Of a stretch of DNA of 64,000 nt, positions 59,280 through 64,000 are shown in pieces. Under the pieces are notes generated by a model, which was not told the DNA's origin, did not search any database, and saw only the letters and a list, made by a program, of their open reading frames with translations. Location of the stretch: the NCBI RefSeq assembly GCF_009914755.1, contig NC_060930.1. One strand, given 5' to 3'. Both the position numbers and the translations under genes were made by a program. Numbering within the stretch: position 1 is the first letter of the stretch; every line of letters begins with the position of its first letter. Origin of the DNA: the human T2T-CHM13v2.0 reference genome, Homo sapiens.

Positions 59280-61440
59280 CTATAGAGTCTCTATAATCAA
59301 AATGGCATGATACAGATTCAAGAATATATTAATAGATTAACAAAATTGTATGGAAAGCTCAGAATAGACTCAAGTACAAATGAAGATTTAGTAAATATTA
59401 TATATGGTATCTTAGGCTACTGGAAAAAATATAGTCTTTTTAAAACATAGTGTTTGGAAAACTGGATAGACATTTAGAAAAGAAAAAAATTGGATCCATT
59501 ATTGATCTAGTAGAACGTGAAAACACTCTACTTGGATCAACAGTCTAAACGGGAACATGCTTGGCTTTCTTTATAATGTGTGTGGAGACATTTCTAATTA
59601 TGATTCACTATCAAGTAGCTATATAAAAATTATAAATTCAACTTCATTAAAAATTTTAAAATGCATGCTAAAACAGAAAAATTGAAAGACAGGCTGGACA
59701 AAAATATTTGCAACTTACATCACAGAAAATAAAATGCTAATATCTTTCATTTAAAAAGAGTTATTGAAAATAAAGTGAAAATAACATGGGAAAATGAAAA
59801 ATGAAGAGTTTAGAGAAAGTATATAAAAATGGTCCTTGAACATATGAAAAGGCACTCTAACTCACTGACAATAATAGGAATGCAAATTAAAACTACACCA
59901 TTATGCTATTTCTTACCTACCAGATTAGCAGAAAATCAGTGCCTTGAAAACACATACTATTGGCTAGGCTTTGGGAAAACAGACACTCATAACTGTTGAT
60001 GGTAAAACCCTTGTTGAACACAATGTGGCAATATCTAACAAAGCTGCCGATGCATTTACACTTTGATCCAGAAATCCTCTTTCTAAGACTTTGCTTGTAT
60101 ATACCTTCCTGCAAATAACAAAACAATATATGCAAAAGTTTATTCACTGCAGCATTAATTAAAATAGAAAATATTGGATAAAAACGAAATGCCCATCTAT
60201 AGAAGACAGATTAAATAATTTACAGAACAATAAAAAGATAACTAGCTATTAACTTATATGGAGTATTTCCAAGATACATGGTTAAGTGAAAAAAAAGCCT
60301 CAAGAAAGTGTACATACTGTGGTATCTTTGTGAATGAGCATAAAAGAAATTTGTGTGTGTGTGTATGTGTACAAATAAATGTTCTCTATTATATATTATT
60401 TAAAATGTATAATATGTAATACATCACACACACAGAAAAGATAAACAGAAAATAATGAAAAAGGTTAATTATGTGTGTGAGTATGATGAAGATGCAGGAA
60501 TGGAAGTAACGTCTTCTTTATCTTTATAGATAAAGGACATCTAACAAATATGGAAAAAATGATTGAATTCTAAAAATGAACTTTATTCAAACGAAAACGA
60601 AAACACATCATCAGAACTTGTTCAGTCCCTTGCCTTCTCTGAGCGTTATCAACAAATGCTAAAACCATTGTGTGGGGGATTGTTGGAAAACTGGACTTTC
60701 CTACCTATTCAAGATATCACACAAGTATAATATTAATTACTAATAGAAAAGAATTTTTCTTTATAATTCGGAGATTTAGCAGCCAAACTTTGAATCATCA
60801 ATGGTAGGACAACTTGATATAATGTTCTTAATGTGAAACAACAAGAAATATACATAGCAACTGTGTACTATTCTTGCCAAAATTATTAAACTGAATTTAC
60901 ATAAGAAAAAACAAGAAAGGAACACATTGTAAAAGACCAGAGGCCTAGAATGGTCAACAATTCAATATAACGAGAAAAAATATAAGGGACAGTTCAACAT
61001 TAAAAGAAACTAAAGAGACATAACCAAATTCAATTTACACACCACAATTGGATCCTGGAGTTTTACAAAAAGATCCTAAAAGACAATTTTAGAACAATTA
61101 GGGAATTTTGAAGATGGACAGTATATTAGGTGATATTTTAAAATTAGAGTTAATTTTCTTAGATGCAACATTGGTATAGAAGTTATAGAGAAGAATGTTT
61201 TTATTCTTAGGAGAGTCCTGCTAACATATTTGTCAGGTAAGTTATGAAATGCCTACAAATTATTTTCAAATTGTTCAGCAAAAGAAAAAAAAGCATATGT
61301 ATTTAGAGAAAGAAAATAATTTTGGGAAAAATTTAATGTCTAAATTTCTCTAGGTACAAGTTGCATTGTGCCTGTAGTAAAATTCCTCCAACTTTTCTGT
61401 AGGTTTGACTTTTTTCCCAAAATAAAAATTTACAAAATGA
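59280..61440 (+). mobile_element. Degenerate L1ME ORF2/3' fragments
   Basis: A-rich tract with residual L1 motifs (GGAATGCAAATTAAAACTAC, GTGGCAATATCTAACAAA); boundaries approximate. Confidence 0.55.
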
Positions 61441-61599
61441 AAAAAACTCTTTTTGTACTAATAATATAGCCTGCTTTTTTTAATTAAAAAATTAGAGATT
61501 AATCATCTGATGAATCAATATTCAAAGGAGATTTTCAGATACAGTCCTCATATGTTTGCATGCCAAACTTCACTGCCAGCCATTTGCTGGAATTCCTCT

Positions 61600-62278
61600 A
61601 GAGGACATGGTTGCAAAAATGAAACTTAAATTGAGAAACATCACAAGAATCCAACCACTTCTGAAATATGTTATTTATGGGTTTACTGAAATACAGACGT
61701 GAAGGGAAAGTCTAATTGTAAAATATTCATCTTCAAATGCCTCAACCACCCCCAGGAGCACTGTATCTATCAGGGATTGAAATTGCAAGAGAAAGGAAAA
61801 CAAGGTTAAAAAATCAGGTGTATCCTGTTTGGGAGGGTGTGGGATTATATGGCATCATCAGAACTTGGTCTGTCCCTTGCCTTCTCTGAGCTTTGCTTTC
61901 CTTTGTGTTAGTGGAGTTCTCAGGCTGGCTTGCCATTTCTGCTGACTAGATGTACACCGGCTGCTCCCATCTTACTGCTATCTTCTCTCAACTTTAATAG
62001 CTGAAGAAAGTTTCTTTCACTCCTCAGATTCCTGTCTGCTCTGAGTATCCTCTCTTGGCTCAGATGCCAGTCCTAAAGAAATGCCTGTGGTGAGGGTCAT
62101 ATGAGACTATGATTTATTGGGCTCACATTGCCCACATTTAAAAGAGGAATGACACTATAGCACTAGGGCTACTGAAGTGAAAGAGGAGAGGATGTTTCCC
62201 AAAACAGAATTAGAATTCTCTTAACATTAAAAAGTGGGAGAGTGCTGGGAAGGCAAAAACAACAGCTGTCAACTATCA
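61600..62278 (-). mobile_element. Old ERVL/MaLR LTR (MLT1K/L- or LTR33-like)
   Basis: TGCTGGGAAGGCAAAAACAACAGCTGTCAACTA end; GCTTTGCTTTCCTTTGTGTT...TTCTCAGGC. Confidence 0.5.
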
Positions 62279-63658
62279 GCACCATGGCCATTTCTGGAGC
62301 CCTGAATTACACATTTTATTTTATGGTATTTTTGTCACATTTTGTGACTTCAAATAAGCTACATGAAAATTTCTGGATATTTTAATTTTCTTTTCTCATC
62401 AGTATTCTCCTATATATTTTTATTTTTATAGGATGAACCACCTTTGACTACAAATTTCTTGATTTCACACTTATCCTTATGAGGTTAAAATATTTCCTAC
62501 TTGGCACAACTCATTATAAATTGTAAATCTTTTCTGTATAAATTTGTTTCTCAGTTTTTATGCCATTTAATTTCTAGTCATATTTCTACAAAGTTAAATT
62601 GATATAAGGGTGAAATACTAACTTCCAAAGTAAAGAAATTCTGATTCAAGAATGATTCATTTTTAATAGAGAACAAAGTTATCACAGTAATACATTAATT
62701 TTCTTGAGTGTAAGGTGGCTTTTTATTCTAGTAACAACATATGTCCATCACTTTTGCCCTTCATTAGTGAGATAAAAGAGTGCTTGATGAGCATGAAAGG
62801 GCACCATATTATAACCATTACATTTCTACACAGCAGAAAATGAACTAAAAATATGAAATCATCTTGTAAATATGAGTTGTATAAATAGCTATTCTTCCTA
62901 TTATGGTTAAAAAATATGTATCTAAGAATTCATTATGATTTGCAATAATATACTAAAACCTAATCCATTAGATCCTTCTGAATCTTTTGTTTTATAGAAG
63001 GATATCAATCAACTTTTCTTTCAGCCAGAGAACCACAAAATCTCAAAGGCTTACACCTTGTAGTTCTCACCCATCACATGAATGCCGAGGGTCAGCTTCA
63101 GTTTGGCTGAGCATTTCTGGATTTGGTTGGTTGGTCTTATTGTGCTTGGCCTGTCTCTTTGTGTTTTCTTATTGCAGTATCCAAGTGGAAATATTAGCCA
63201 CAACTACAACATACTTTTAAAATTCCAGAGGGCAGAAATTAAAGGTGACTGATAGAAATGTAAAATATCTCTCACAGCTTCTAATAAAATGTGGCATATG
63301 TTATCTCTGATTACATTCTCTTGGCCAAAGCAAGTCACATGTCAAAGCCCAACATCACTGGGGCATGAGATTATATGTCTCCCATGAGTGGGCACAAGGC
63401 ATAAGTGAGGGATTGGTGAACATTTGGATAGCCATATTATCTCCCATAAAAGATATCCAAGAAGCTGACTTGTTTTGCTGTGCTTGAAGCAGAGAGCCAA
63501 CGATTTATCCACCAATTAGTTCACATAATCACTGTTTTAATGTCCACTGTGAGTCAGGTCCTTATTAGGTGCTCCCTTGTGACATGAATTTAAAACACTA
63601 GAAAGAAACAGAAAACATATGAAATTGTTCCTATCAAGGTGTTTCCATTTCTTTGGAC

Positions 63659-63905
63659 CAGGGGTTGGCAAAGGTTTTCTGTAAAGGACCAGATGTTAAA
63701 TACTTCAGGGTTTATGGGCCACATACAGTATTTATGAAGGCTTCTTCTTTCATCTTTCTCCTTCTCCACATCTTCCTCCTGCCCCTCGCTCTCATCCTCC
63801 TCTTTCTACAGATTCTTTAAATATGTAAAAAAAAAATTATTAGCTCTCATATTGCGTAAAAATGGGCCACCAGACAGAGTTGGGGCACAGGCTGCTAGTT
63901 TCTGC
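63659..63905. mobile_element. MER58-type hAT-Charlie relic
   Basis: CAGGGGTTGGCAAAGGTTTTCTGTAAAGGACCAGAT...TTTATGGGCCA. Confidence 0.75.
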
Positions 63906-64000
63906 TTTAAGGGAATAAAATGGACAAACATGACTTCCATGACTTATATTAAACACAACTACATCATTGCAAATACAAGTGTGTACTCTAGTTTAATTAA

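Overview
AT-rich primate (human or other hominoid) genomic DNA, intergenic or deep intronic. I can support no host protein-coding exon, RNA gene, CpG island or CRISPR array. The long ORFs are disrupted LINE-1 ORF2 pieces or chance ORFs in Alu/THE1 repeats. A large part of the window is interspersed repeats: L1PA/L1PB/L1M LINEs, AluJ/S/Y, THE1/MLT/ERV1 LTRs, and Tigger/MER5/MER58/MADE1 DNA-transposon relics. I found no new gene system; the interesting signal is a set of rearrangement scars. (1) An inverted duplication at 13.15-13.5 kb versus 22.6-23.0 kb, plus an L1PB target-site duplication (TSD) apparently split across 10 kb, suggests an ancient ~9 kb inversion with a duplicated breakpoint. 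(2) A tailless AluY is fused to an L1PA 3' end inside one 17-bp TSD, consistent with a chimeric retrotranscript. (3) One L1PA is twin-primed (5'-inverted) with a perfect 16-bp TSD. (4) Another L1PA has no TSD and abuts an orphan THE1 fragment, suggesting an insertion-mediated deletion. (5) There are several short, locally templated copies. Repeat subfamily names are from recalled consensus sequences and need RepeatMasker/Dfam confirmation.
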